Positions 37,950-51,086 of a stretch of DNA of 64,000 nt are shown here, piece after piece. This DNA comes from Ginglymostoma cirratum (Eukaryota), in the NCBI GenBank assembly GCA_024137785.1, contig JAHRHZ010000012.1, positions 56,852,066-56,916,065 of the forward strand, in the 5' to 3' direction. Position 1 is the first letter of the stretch. Each line of letters begins with the position of its first letter. The notes beneath the pieces are model-generated. The model did no database searches. It was not told where the DNA came from and saw nothing but the letters and a program-made list of their open reading frames with translations. Position numbers and translations under genes: made by a program.

Positions 37950-40400
37950 ATGTGACCACATTGAAAAATCCAGCTAAATCCTCTCAATTTGGACAACAGA
38001 AGGATGATCTCATCACAGAGAGGCATAAGAATTACCATCAAAGGAGTAAATGTGCTCAGAGAGAAGAAACTTATTCTCAGGCGAGTTTTCAACATAGGCA
38101 GAAGCACTGTCAATCATATTTCTGGGAGATCAGACAATACTTTGCATTATGGTTTCAGAGATAGTAGGAACTGCAGGTGCTGGAGGATCTGAGATAACAA
38201 GGTGTAGAGCTGGATGAACGCAGCAGGCCAAGCAGCATCAGAGGAGCAGGAAAGCTGACACTTCAGACCTAGACCCTTCTTCAGAAATCTAGGCCCGAAA
38301 CATCAGCTTTCCTGCTCCTCTGATGCTGCTTGGCCTGCTGTGTTCATCCAGCTCTACACCTTGTTATCTCTAATACTTTGCATTCTGTTGAGACAAATTC
38401 CAGATCAAAGAGCAACAACATATTTAGAAAAAAAAATAAACATTTGCAGAAAATCCAAGGGAAGCACCAAAACTCAAGAACACAATGTAAAACTGTGGCG
38501 AACATCACACGAAGAGAGGAAAGCATGTCCAATGTGGGCAAGCAATGCTGTAACTGTAAGATGCTTGCACACAATTATTTAGCTAGAAAGAAGCAAAACA
38601 ATCCTATAAAAAATGGCTGCTGGGGGAGAAGTCAGAAAGTGATTCAAATTAATCACTCTACCCGACACAACAGGTTGACGTCAGGAGGACTAAATTTGAT
38701 AACTGATTGTGACTGTTAGGCTGCGAAAGCATAGGATCAACTGAATGTGAAGTGTCAGGTTGATACCAATGCTTTGTGTAACACCACAAGCTTTGCAGAT
38801 CTATACAAAGCCACTTAAGCTGCTAGATCTCATAAGTAAGATTGAAGCCATATGATGGAATGATACTCATCACAAGATGACAAATGAAGCTGACAGTCCA
38901 ATGCAATGGAAAGAAAGAAGACCTGAAGTTTCAGGTAGTAGGCATTAAGGAAAAGAGTTAGAACAATCTAAAGCTTGGACTAGTAACCCTGATTATGCCA
39001 GAAGAAATTTGCAGCATTTCATAGACCACTAAGCCATTGACTGACAATTGAATCCCAGATAATTACAAAGGTGTTTTCACTGGTCTTGGAACGCTTACTG
39101 GTGAATTTCATCTCAAGATAGATGAAAGTGTCAGACCAATGCAGCATCAACCAAGAATAGTTCTCACTATTCCAGCCTGAAAGACAAGATGGAAGAGATA
39201 GGAAAGGAGGGCAAACTTGAGGAAGTGATAAATTCTGTAGACTGTGTTAGCAGCATGAAAGCAGTGAAAAAAACTGGAAAATCGAGAGCATACATAGATC
39301 CAGAGGATCTCACTGAAGCTTTGAAGTGAGCTCACTATACCATGCTGACTATTGAAGAACTTTCATCACAACTTTTCAAAGGGAAAAGTTACTTACTACC
39401 CTTGATGTGAAGGGTGGTTACCAGTAAGTGAAGCAGAATGAAACCTGTAGTTTTCTAATTACATTCTGGATGCTATTCTGGAGATACAGGTGATTGCTCA
39501 GGCCTTTTGGCATTCCTACTGCTCAGAAGAGCATCAATGCAGGCAGCAGAGATAGTTAGTGATTGCCCCAGAGTAGAAGCTAGTGTGGATGATTTATTAC
39601 TCTACAAATGTGGAGACATCACAAACCAAAATCAGAAACTAATGTGACTGCTAGAGAAGGCTTGCTAGATGAATCAGAAGCTGAACATGAAAATTATGCA
39701 ACTGAATATTCTTGAACAACAATACAAAAATTATCTATTGACAGCAAAAGGAATTTGCCCAAATCCTGACAGGGTGAGAACTGCAGCAGAAATGCAATGA
39801 TGAATTGACGTGAAAGCAGAAATGAGGTCACCTTGTTGCATGATGCCAGGAAACAGGACTTGGAGCAACTCTTATGTAACAAGGACAAGCAGCACTGCTC
39901 TGACTATCTGGTCTTTAGAATATCTGAGCCATCATCATCATACTAACCATAGAAAGGCTGATGTGGCAGTGAAAATTACCAGAGTACAAAGAAATCCAGT
40001 AAATCCAACACAGGAATCTATAAGGCATTCCTTGAGTGGAGAAATGCCTTGACTGAAGATATGAAAAATAATCCTGTTCAAAAACTGATACCACACTGCA
40101 TCGAATCTATTCTTTCCATAGTGAAAAAAAAGACTGCTGAAGTCAAAATCAAGTGACAAGATCAGGGTGAAATGACAAAGTCAAATTTGATTTTGCTAAA
40201 ATTGCCATGTCATTGACAAAACTGAGCAGTGGCAAATCAGTCAGAGTGCAAACATTCAACGCTTTCAACGAGAGTTAGCTTACATGGAAACTTGTGATCT
40301 ATGTAATGCAGTTGTCACCTCAAATGTAGATAGTGAATGTGAATGACCAGGAAAATCATCACAACAGCAGGCATCTACATACAATTACACAAGCTGTACC
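37950..40400 (+). mobile_element. decayed Gypsy (Mag-like) element: gag, protease, RT, integrase end
   Basis: gag LREKKLILRR and knuckle-like GKQCCNCK..H (about 38535), protease VKCQVDTNALCN (38747-38782), VFTGLGTL.GEFHLKIDESVRP (39070), IDPEDL.EAL..AHYTM.TIEE (about 39295); jumps to integrase C-terminal region at about 39920. Confidence 0.8.
38157..38370. mobile_element. fold-back pair of subfamily A Penelope-like repeats with 13-bp flanking duplication
   Basis: near-perfect inverted arms meeting at about 38287; aatactttgcatt at 38136-38148 and 38372-38384; nested in Gypsy gag. Confidence 0.88.
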
Positions 40401-40705
40401 TTCACTGCAGGCAGTGGATAAGGAAGAAGTAACTTCACCACCTAGATAGAAAACAGATCGATCATCAAGTCCCAGATCTCCTCTGCTTCCCAGCAACTGA
40501 AATAGATCAGCAACAAACAATTACCATGCGAACAGCACTCAAAACAGAAACAAAACTTTCCAAAAAAGGAACATCATCATAGGAATGAGCTGAACCAGGG
40601 AAACATACTATGGTAATGTATACAGCTTCCATTAGGAGACCTGCTCGATTTAGAGACAATGTCTGCAATACATGTGCAGCAAATGATGATAGTAGGACTG
40701 ACTAT

Positions 40706-40797
40706 AGATAACAAGGTGTAGAGCTGGATGAACACAGCAGGCCAAGCAGCATCAGAGGAGCAGGAAAGCTGACACTTCGGGTCTAGACCCTTCTTCT
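40706..40797 (-). mobile_element. subfamily A Penelope-like repeat
   Basis: agataacaaggtgtagagctggatgaacacagc...cttcgggtctagacccttcttc. Confidence 0.85.
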
Positions 40798-41411
40798 GAT
40801 GTTGACAAAATTTCTCTTGATGAATAATCATTTTCTTTGGGACCATGTATATTGGGTAACTTGAATAATTTGTATTTGTAAATGACAGTTCATCCCATTT
40901 AGTTTTTTTTTCAAAGAAATGGTGCTGGAAAAATAGAATTATACCTTAGTGTACAGGTTGGCTTGCTGGGGTCATGTAACCTCTATCTCTTCTGTAAAGT
41001 GCCTTAGCATGCAGTCTGTGGCTGCCATTAAACTCATTTCTCTTGAAGTGAGGCCAGACAAAAAATGTTGTGGAGGTTCTTACTTGGAACTCATATTTAC
41101 AAAGAAACAGCTATACTGCTGTGCCAGAAATGACTCTAAATACTGCATTGTGATTGTGTGATTCAGCTTGATGTTTTTCAGAAAGCTTCTTTTCAAAATT
41201 ATACAAGTTCAAATTTCTCATCAGCGTCAAAAATGATTTTTATCGGGCCCCTTCTCGAAATGCCATGATGTCACCATGTTCCGAGCAATTCTATTGGGAT
41301 ATTCTTAAAGTCAATGCATCAAATTTCAATTTGCTTCATCACATAAAACAGTCTTTGATCTTCTGATGGGCACCAGTCCAATTCTCAAATTAATTTGATC
41401 CTGTAACTACC

Positions 41412-41477
41412 GTATATGTATATTTGTGTATGTGTATATGTGTGTACTATATATTTATATTTTATATATAGAGAGAG
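41412..41477. repeat. imperfect (TA/TG)n(GA)n microsatellite
   Basis: gtatatgtatatttgtgtatgtgtatatgtgtg...tatatatagagagag. Confidence 0.8.
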
Positions 41478-41739
41478 CATCTTGTCAAGATATCTTGTCA
41501 ATAAACCACACTAAGGTGAGTCAGGTCATCATTTAATGTGTGGACAATAATTGATTTTTAATGCTGTATCTTTACTGCAAATTTTGCACACCGTTTATAA
41601 ATCTTAATTGACTTTTATTTCTACTTAGCCTTAAAAACAACATAGCACTAGTTTTCACGTGTGTAGTTTCTTCTTTTAAAAATAAATTTTTTAGTTCTTT
41701 ATTATTTTAAATATTAAGTTCTTACCTTAGGACCTTATT

Positions 41740-42100
41740 GGTGTCTCACAAAAGGCATCACACCACTGCATCTTGCTGGTCACTGACGTTTTCTTTGCAA
41801 CAGCTGAACAACTTGTTTGGTTAACATCGGAAACACCTTGGAAGGACAGCCGACAATAGGTTTCCCCTTCATCATGAGATTCAATTGCATCCAAGTGGCC
41901 ACCAAGACACGCAGCAAGTGCCTAGTCAGATGCATCAATAGGAAGACTTTGACTCCTTCAATGTCTGACTGGTCTCCATACTTCATCATGTGTACAGTCT
42001 ATTTCTTGGATGCTACTCCTTCATCCTCCAACAACAGACTGCCTCAGGTTTTCACTCCAATACCCAAAGTATGTGTTGGATGTTAGGTGGCAAAAGATAT
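41740..42100 (+). pseudogene. PIF/Harbinger transposase remnant
   Basis: IGFPFIMRFNCIQVATK...CINRK aligns by eye with the Harbinger/HARBI1 motif GFP.V.GAIDCTHVAI...FINRKG. Confidence 0.6.
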
Positions 42101-42399
42101 CACTTGACGAAATAGTTATTGATCCCTCCAAATGTGAGCACAGAGGTGATACAACTATCACTATTGTTCACCAGGACAATACTTAAGCAAGGCATTGTGC
42201 TTCTGAAGGTGCAATTCTGCTGCCTGGACTAGTTGTCTGGTTTCCTCCAATATCTTACTGCAGGAGCTTTGGTCATTGTGCTGGTCTGTTGTGGTCATCA
42301 TTACATGGGCCTCCAGAGGAGTATTGATGTGGTATTCATTGAAACCAAGGAGGAAACATCCACCTTGGGGATTAACAAAAGCAGGAGCTAAAGGAGGGG

Positions 42400-42620
42400 C
42401 AGAGTGAAATGATGCTGATCAGAGAGTACTCTGCTGCACAATGAGCTGGCCACTTCCTCCACCCCTGCGAAAAAGATATCCCTTCTGTCATACTCAGACT
42501 CTAGAGTAGGATCCTGGTCATCATCTATAATCCAACGTTCTGCCCTGCTGAAGGTACCAGCCTCTTTTTCTGGTGAAGGGGAAGGCTTTGGTGCAACCCA
42601 CATATCGTTCGCTCATGGCA
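42400..42620 (-). pseudogene. PIF/Harbinger Myb/SANT-like ORF remnant
   Basis: RRDIFF...EEVA in ORF 42388-42603; convergent with the transposase remnant. Confidence 0.4.
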
Positions 42621-44304
42621 GGCAGCAGCTTCAGTGAAGACTGTCATGGAATGCAAATGAGTCTCACACGTTTATCTGAACCACTTTCACTCTTGCTCCT
42701 ACTGGTCCTCAGTGGATAGGAAACTTGTCTGCATATCAATTAAGGGCTCCTTTGGGAAAATCAGAATTGTGCGTCTGACCCAAAAACAGATTAGGCCCCT
42801 GTTTGCATGGCAATAATTCAGTCCATGTGCTCAAATTCAACAAGGAGGTCAAATGGATGATTTGCAGTATTATGGATGGGAAATTTCCACTAAGGTCTGC
42901 GTAATTGGTGAGTTATATTTGCTATTCCTATACCATTCCCATTTCCCTCAATGGAAAGAAACTAGCCACTAACCACCCTTCTGAATGACAAGCATGAAGA
43001 ATTTAAATCAATGACTAATAAAAACATAATAACATAAACAACACAAAAAAATCTGCTTTTAAGAAAGAAGCTATGCACAAATTAAAATTTGTACTGTATC
43101 GTTATTATGGATAAGTAAATTTGAAAGTTAATCAAGATTTATAAACTATGTGTGGAAAAGCAGTAAAATAAAATTATCAAAATAGTGAGTATTGATTTCA
43201 AGTTAAATAATGTTTTGACTCAATTTATTTACTGAAAAGACATCTTCACAAGATGCAACATATATATTATATTTGATAGTTATAGAACCAGCTCAATTTG
43301 AGAATTGGTTTGGTGCCAATCTGTAGAACAAGGAGTATTTTAGATCATAAAGCAGATTGAAATTCGATATATTGCCTGTACAAATATCCCAATGGGGTTG
43401 CCAGGAAGATGGTGACATCATAGTATTTCAAGAAAGGGCCTGATAAATACATTTTGTTCACTGACGAGAAAGTTTGATCTCGCATACACTTGAAACGCAA
43501 CTTTCTGTACTTAATCAAGCTGAATCACAATGCAGTATTCAGAACCATTCGCTGGCACAGTATTTTTTATTTAAATCTGGATCTCAAATTAGAATCTCAA
43601 CAACATTTTTGTTAAGGTCTCATCAGTAAGTCAGAGGCATCTGATTTATAATTATCTAGCAGTCCCTGCTGGTTAGATGGTGTTTTATTGTTTGAACATA
43701 TTATTGAATCTTCTTGTTTATATCTTGTCTTACAAATATTCTTATTAATCATGCAAAGTGTTGATGCAATCAAAACATTCTATTATATTTTGAATTATCA
43801 AATTATCAAATTCAAAATCATTTAATATAGTGGCAATGACCTTGTATTAATATTAACTGTAATGAAGAACACAGAGTGCTATTAGGATATTTTAATTTAT
43901 TGTTTTTAAATTATCAGGACTGCAATCAAATCTGGTCACAAAATTCAAAGTTAAGAATGTTATGTCTTAAACTAAAATACATTCATGTATCATTATTATT
44001 CTTGATCAATAGCTATTTAAACATTTATAATTAAGTGCAATTATTTTTCTTCCATAGATCTGCACACCATGACGCCAGTCGCAACATTTTGACAATGAAA
44101 AAAACTCTAAGAACATGTAAACTAACATATAAACATGATATCAAGATTTCTCATGGATGCTGCTGGAACTTAAGGCAAATTGTAGAAAAGCAATCTTTTG
44201 ATTATGTTTCTTCTCATTACCATTCTCTCAACAGAGTGACAAAAATGTTGTGTTATGTGTTTATTCAACTTTTAATGAAAATATGTTTCCTTTGTACTTT
44301 CACA

Positions 44305-44850
44305 GAAATTGGGCTTCATCAGCTGGGCCAGCATTTATTGCTCGTCCCTAATTGATCTCGAAAAAGTGGTGTTGCGCTGCCTTCGTATACCATGTGGCTT
44401 GGGTGCACCATTGTTAGGAAGGGAGCTCCTTAGCAACTGTGAACGACCAACAATAAAGTTCCATGACATGATGGTACAGTTTAGAGGGAAACGTGCAGAT
44501 GCTATATCTGCAGCCTTTGTCCTTCTGGGTACTAAATGTTTTGGGTTTGAAAAGTGCTGTTGTAGGAGCCTCATTGAGTAACTGCAGTGCATCTTCTAGA
44601 TGGTACATACTGCTGCCTGTACACATTGGTCACGAAAGGAGTGAATATTGAAGTTAGTGGATAGAGTGCCAATCAAGCAGGCTTCTTTGTCCTGAATGGT
44701 GTTAAGCTTCTTGACTGTTGTTGGAGCTGCACTTATCCAGGTGACTGGAGAGGATTCCATTACATTCCTGATGAGTGCCTTTGGTTGATGAACAGGCCTT
44801 GAGGAGCCAGCAAATTGGTTATTCACTGCATTATTCCCAGCCTCTGATTG
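44305..44850 (-). mobile_element. CR1/L2-group LINE 3' end
   Basis: RNVMESSPVTWISAAPTTVKKLNTIQDKEACLIG...AAVCTI then MHCS...LLQQH; its tail (gggccagcatttattgctcgtccctaattg) is shared with S2 SINEs. Confidence 0.8.
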
Positions 44851-46309
44851 TATAAAGTAGCATCTTCATTAATAGCCTTATAATGATTAATATTTCTGGA
44901 AGATGAGATAATTTTGCAATTTTGCTCATTTAGAGAGTGCATATCAGGATAAAGAAATCTATGGGCAAAATAATTGACTAAAACTACCTGATATTTTATA
45001 TGCAACAATTTACCACTTTGAAGTTCCTATCTTCAAAATACAATAATTTGTTTCTTTTAATATGCATTGACTTGATTGAAATATTGGACAAAATGTGCTA
45101 GGGTAAGGATAAGGGGAAACCTATTGTGATTCCAGGGAAGAGATGAGAACGGAAATATGTGAATTGAATCTGACATAGTGTGTGCAAAAGTGTAATTGAT
45201 TGGGATTCATAATTACATGATACCCGGCGAATTCACTCTTTGTGGGTAGGAAACACAGAGACGAATGTAGTGGGTATGGCTATGACGCTAATACCCTGCT
45301 GTTACCCCACAGAGTTAAGTCTGGGTGAGCAAGGGGGAAGAAAATGCCTGCAACAAAACCTGGAGTGGGTGGGGTAAGCGTTTTGACCTGTGAGGGAGGA
45401 GACTGCAAAACCCACTAATGAGGGGCCCTACAGAGGGCAAGAACAATACACACAGAACAATGCACTGATCAAGCCACTGAGCTGTGGGGTCCCTAATCAT
45501 TGGTGATCTAAAGACATTAGCTTCCTGTCTGCTGTACACCTTCCTGAATCAGACATTGCTGACCACTTCATTCACACCATCACTTTCAAGCATAGAAGCC
45601 CTGTTCATTAGGCATCATGCTGGGACAGTTGCATTTGGGGAAACACAGGTGCAGTACATAAACAATTACACTTATGTAAACATGGTACATTACGTACTGC
45701 CACCTTAAGGATACTGGACCTGGGTGTCCATGTCAACTACCAATCTGTCCCTGGAGGTAGACACTAATCTGTCCATTGAGGCAGCTAGAAGATCACATGC
45801 TTGGGACATTAGGGTCTCGATAGTGGATCCTCTGGGCTATGAGGAATGTTGTGTCTCACATCCCAGCCTACTGTTCCCATTCATCCCTGTGCATGTTCGT
45901 GATGTCCCTAATTGCTGACACCACAGGGTCCTGCTTGGAGCACTCCACCAGTCTGAGTGCCAGCAGCCCAGGGTAATGCTTTCTGAGCCATCTGTGGAGC
46001 TGTTACAGTAGGTGCCCATCAACTTGTGTTCCTAAGCTTTCGAAGGTTAATGTTCCCACCAAGTTGTCAGCATCAGAGCTGTTGGAGGGTGTGGGAGTCA
46101 GCCTTACTGATCCTTCCTCGGCGACCTCAGTAATTTTCTCCACAGGGCTCAGGGTGGTGGCTGCTGTCGGATCAGTTTGTTTCTCCACCAGGGTTGTGGA
46201 CATCCCACTGGTACCTCCATGACACGAGGGAGAGGAGGAACAGCAGCCAATGGTTACACGTGATGTGCAATGAATGACAGTGACAACTGAAATGAGGAGT
46301 GGCACTTAC

Positions 46310-46945
46310 TTGGTTGATGGACCATGGATGTCTCAGCATTCCCACAAGAGCAACCCCATTCTTCTTCTACAAGGGACAGAATTATCTCCTCATAGGGATT
46401 GGGAATCCTGATATCAAACACCCCTTCAGCTTTCTGTCCTGTTGAGGGCTGCCTTCTCCTGGAAGGGAAAGGGAGGGATTGCGGGAGATGAAAGTCAGTG
46501 GTATTCCCAGTATGCTGGTGTAGGTGGGCAAAATGTTGTGGCATGTTCTAGCCAAGTGAGTAGGTAATGCAGAGTTCATGCAAGGTTAGTGACATAGGAG
46601 GTTGTGGAGGGAATGAGAACAAATGAGGGAAGATGTTGCAGGCAATGGAGAGTAACAAAGCATAAGCCTTGGTGGGATATGGGTGCAGTAGCAGAAATAG
46701 AGTGAGTATGAGGGTGCAGACAGAAGATTGTGGCATTTACTTTGTCAGAGCAGAGAAGGTCATTGACATCTTGCAGAATTGCTGGCTATTCCTCCATACC
46801 ATGAAGGTCACATGGACCAGGTTTAGGGACCTCAGACCAGGATCCCCAAGGTCTGCTGATGTGGGCTCCTCTGCTGGTCCTTCTGGAAAGGGACACCGTG
46901 TCCACCAGGCTCCTAATGGAGGATTGTGGTGCCATTTTCCCCCAG
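46310..46945 (-). pseudogene. PIF/Harbinger Myb/SANT-like ORF remnant with intron
   Basis: GKMAP...WSEV...RNSQQFCK.VNDLLCSDK|gtaaatg, pyrimidine-rich intron, then DIRIPNPYEEIILSL. Confidence 0.65.
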
Positions 46946-49822
46946 TATCTTTGATTTCTCACACGGTAGTCAGTCACCAAAGTGCCAATGTGTTTGGACA
47001 TGGAGACTATCAGTCACAAGCTGGTCCCACAGCTCAGAAGGAAACCTGTGTGCCAAGCAAGATTCTGTCAATTGTTGAGATTGATGATTTTGATATTTTC
47101 ACATGACTTGATAAATTGATTGTCACCTGTTATGATAATGGGCCAATAAAAAGGTTTTTGTTTTTCTGTGCTGTACAACCTATGTGTGTTTGGTCTAGCA
47201 TGGTTTAACATAGAGTTTGCAAAACAAACACTTTAAAATTTACATTGCTGGAGAACCCTAATTCCTCTGTAAACGACCAGAATGAATGTTCTTGCTGAGG
47301 GACCTGTTGGAAGTTTTGAGGACAACCAATGATGATCTTTTGTTGCAATCGGTCAACATCTGATATGGCTTTGTGAGTCTGCTCTGCTAGGCTGTGACCG
47401 AAATGAATGGATGAGGTTTGGAACTGACAGGTTTTTTACCTTGTGGATTGTAATAATATGTAGAACAATGCTAACCACTGGACCAATAAAACAAGGCCCT
47501 GTTGATGTAAAATGTTCATGGATGTCCATCTCAATTAGGTTTATTGAGATTGAAAACTGTAATATCAGTGAAAAGGACCATTGTAAGCAGTTTATCAGGA
47601 ACAGACTGCACTGCATTGTGCCAGTTTCCTGAGTACGCTATGTGTAAAATGGGTAAAGGGATGATATTTGCACTTGGACAGTGCATGTTGTCCATTTATT
47701 TTGGAATATAATGCTTGAAAGGAGGTGAAAGTTTTAACTTTTCTGGCAACATTCAAGTACTGTATCAAATTGACGGTATGTACTATCTAACTGGAGACTG
47801 TAAGCTGTGAAGTTGCAGGTACTGCTTGGGTTTCATTGACGTGCTTGTGTGACTATTTTTCACATTCTTCTGCAAAGCGTTGTGTTTCTCTGGGTAAATG
47901 GATTTATTGCACATTTTAGCGCAATGTCATCTTGTAAAACACAGCTTTTACATATATCACAAATTATTGGACATTATTTTGATGAGTGGGACAAGCAACA
48001 TCTCATACAAGGTTTGGATGTTGTTTGCAGAACCAGTTGAGTCTAGTACCTGAAGACATTTATGGTCAACAATTGCTTCAACCTTATAGTGCTCTGTTAT
48101 AAATTTTCTTGCTTTCAGACTCTCACTGATCAGTGCAATGGATTCAGTTAGTGTGTTCAGTCAGTCCATTTTATATGTTATGTAACATTAACAGTAAGCA
48201 GAGAACCCAGACAATCATAAGTCCAAGATATGATAAAAGTGTAAACAGTTAGTGTTTTTGTGGGATGTGTCAGGTGAGCAAAGATCTTGTCATACTAGCA
48301 TTGGGTTTTTACCCATATCAAATAGAAGCCAGTTGTGTCAACTGGTTAATGGCAGCTAGTTGTTAATAAAAGATGAGAGCAACAGTGGCTATTGTGAAGC
48401 ACTTAACATCAGGCACAACTTGGCCTGTACTCAGCCCACCATGTTCAACACCATCCTGAAAAATAAGTTCTGAGATCACTTCTTGTAAATGCAGCCACGT
48501 TCATGGACAGTGGAACTGTGATTCTTGAAATAGAAGCCATGGCCTCTTCATTCTCCCTCAATTACAACTGAGCTCCACACAATCATCCTTGGCCCTCATT
48601 TCAAGACCCTTGCCTAGCTCTCAGATTAGTGCCACTGTCCCCCTTATCAGCCATTTTCAGTGTCAGAGATTCTAGAGAGTTCAGTCACTAAGGTGACAGA
48701 TTCCAAACTCCAGCCCTACACCCTCCCTCAACCTCTGGAACTCCATCTATCAAACTTGCCTTCCTGCATATACTTGCAAGTATCGGGTCTTTGGAAATCA
48801 TCTTCCCTGTTATGGTCCTTGCTCTCACCAGCATGGACTCCACCCACTGAAAATAACTCCCCTCACATTTCAATGGACCTCACTGTTGGAGTTGCTGCTT
48901 CCGAATGCCAGCTGCAAGAAATGAAATGTGTCACCTTTCAAAACTCGTTCAACCACGTTGCACCCTCCCCCTTGTCACCTACCAACTTCCCCATCTCTTT
49001 GTTGTGCTTTTAGATTTCTTCAAACCAAAAGTAGTCCAGCACAGATGAGAATGGCCACTTTTCTGGTCAAACTAGACTAGTTGGCTTTAATGAGTAAGAT
49101 TGCATTTATTGCATCACTGCAACAATTTACTGATTATATGACTAAAATCCACATTACTAATAAAACTGTTAGGAGCACATTAGCTTCAGATCTGTCTTCT
49201 ATTAGCTTTTGCTTCACTTTCTGGCCAAGTTCCCATAAGTGGGTGGTGCTTACTGTAATACATCAACTGTTAATCCATTCAGACCCATGTACAACATCCT
49301 TCACCTACCAATAGAGGGATAATAATTCCTCTCCCCTCTGTTACTATTCAGCACCCCACATTAACCCTGTAATGCAATTTAAATCAACCACTTTGAGTCT
49401 TGGTTTCAGCAAGAAAAGTTTCATTCAAAAATATGTTAGGGACAGGTTTCTTCGAGATAGCCAAGTAATAGAAAAAATACAAAAGTTTCAGCACTGTTTG
49501 TAATTCTCAATTTAATGCACCTCACACACCCTTCTATCTGAATCTTGGATTTGTTGGTTCCTAGAGCAACTGAACCTTTAGTTCTCTCTCACTTCCATGG
49601 TCTGTGTAGAAATGGATAATTGTTATAACTGAGAGCATCGCTGGCTAGGCCCGCATTCATTGCCCAACCCAGAGGGCAGTTAAGAGTCAGCCACATTACC
49701 AGACATGTAAGGACGGCATTAGTGAACCAGATGGGTTTTTCCACCAATCGACGACAGATTGATGGTCGGCATTAGGCTCTTAATTCCAGATTTTTATGGA
49801 ATTCAAATTCCACCTCTTCCAT

Positions 49823-50420
49823 TGAGATAACAAGGTGTAGAGCTGGATGAACATAGCAGGCCAAGCAGCATCAGAGGAGCAGGAAAGCTGACGTTTCGGG
49901 CCTAGACCCTTCTTCAGAAAAAGAANNNNNNNNNNNNNNNNNNNNNNNNNNNNNNNNNNNNNNNNNNNNNNNNNNNNNNNNNNNNNNNNNNNNNNNNNNN
50001 NNNNNNNNNNNNNNNNNNNNNNNNNNNNNNNNNNNNNNNNNNNNNNNNNNNNNNNNNNNNNNNNNNNNNNNNNNNNNNNNNNNNNNNNNNNNNNNNNNNN
50101 NNNNNNNNNNNNNNNNNNNNNNNNNNNNNNNNNNNNNNNNNNNNNNNNNNNNNNNNNNNNNNNNNNNNNNNNNNNNNNNNNNNNNNNNNNNNNNNNNNNN
50201 NNNNNNNNNNNNNNNNNNNNNNNNNNNNNNNNNNNNNNNNNNNNNNNNNNNNNNNNNNNNNNNNNNNNNNNNNNNNNNNNNNNNNNNNNNNNNNNNNNNN
50301 NNNNNNNNNNNNNNNNNNNNNNNNNTTCCTGCTCCTCTGATGCTGCTTGGCCTGCTGTGTTCATCCAGCTCTAAACCTTGTTATCTCAGATTCTCCAGCA
50401 TCTGCAGTTCCTACTGTCTC
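49823..50420. mobile_element. fold-back subfamily A Penelope-like insertion spanning the gap, 14-bp TSD
   Basis: tccacctcttccat at 49809-49822 and 50421-50434; intact minus-strand core ctgaaga-a-ggg-tctagg-ccc-gaaacgtc at 49890-49917. Confidence 0.88.
49926..50325. other. assembly gap (400 N)
   Basis: run of N. Confidence 1.
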
Positions 50421-50737
50421 TCCACCTCTTCCATGACAGGATTCAAACCCAGGTCCCCAGAACATTACCAGGATCTCTGGATTAACAGTCCACTGATTAT
50501 ACCACTAGGTCACTGCCTCCCTATATTCCCAAGACCCTAACATTGACAGCGCTACCCATCTTTATAGACCATTTTTGTGATACCTTCCCAGAATCCTCCC
50601 CAACTCAACAACAAAGGGCCTGCCCCTCTCTCTCTCTACTATCATCTGATGTCAATTATTATCTGTTGTTGAACGATGCTCTGCGTGAGGGAAGAGCAAC
50701 TGCTATTCTACCCAACTATAAAAAGTACATTACCTTC

Positions 50738-50962
50738 TGCAGTGATTGGAACCAGGTGGATCTCATTGACTATGAAATACTTGATTGGGGTCATTAACCT
50801 GAGCCAATCAGGGAGCCCTGTCTGACGAACATGAACAGGAGATTCAGAATCTCCTGAGTTCAGGAACTGAATCTGAGCTGGCAGGCCATCGTCAGTGTAC
50901 TATGCACATAAAAATAAAGGGTGACATGATAACTGGATACCAGCATTGGTGTAATTATTTCA
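50738..50962 (+). mobile_element. short solo LTR (225 bp)
   Basis: TG...CA, ccaat box, aataaa; flanks ccttc/ccttg (imperfect 5-bp TSD); related to 29231-29462. Confidence 0.72.
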
Positions 50963-51086
50963 CCTTGTCTACTGCATGCCACTTGTATGCAGTTGTGAAT
51001 CTGAAGGCATGTATTTCTTGTTGGTGGAAATTTAGTTGGAAAGGTGCACTTAATTCTGGTGAGATTGCATTTGCATGATCATGCAA

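Larger units (their letters stand above)
49630..50522 (-). mobile_element. SINE family S2 split by a Penelope-like insertion
   Basis: ggcattagtgaaccagatgggttttt...attcaaattccacc before, ggattcaaacccaggtccccagaacatt...tggatta after. Confidence 0.75.

Noticed and set aside
20785-38370. CRISPR-like or other prokaryotic repeat system
   Set aside because: Repeats are dispersed, inverted and TSD-flanked, with no regular repeat-spacer array or cas-like ORF; the sequence is vertebrate
49780-50364. 194-aa ORF, the longest in the track
   Set aside because: Made mostly of the N gap plus repeat arms
29231-50962. One full-length 21-kb LTR element between the two short LTRs
   Set aside because: LTRs too diverged, no shared TSD, interior is a mix of unrelated repeats
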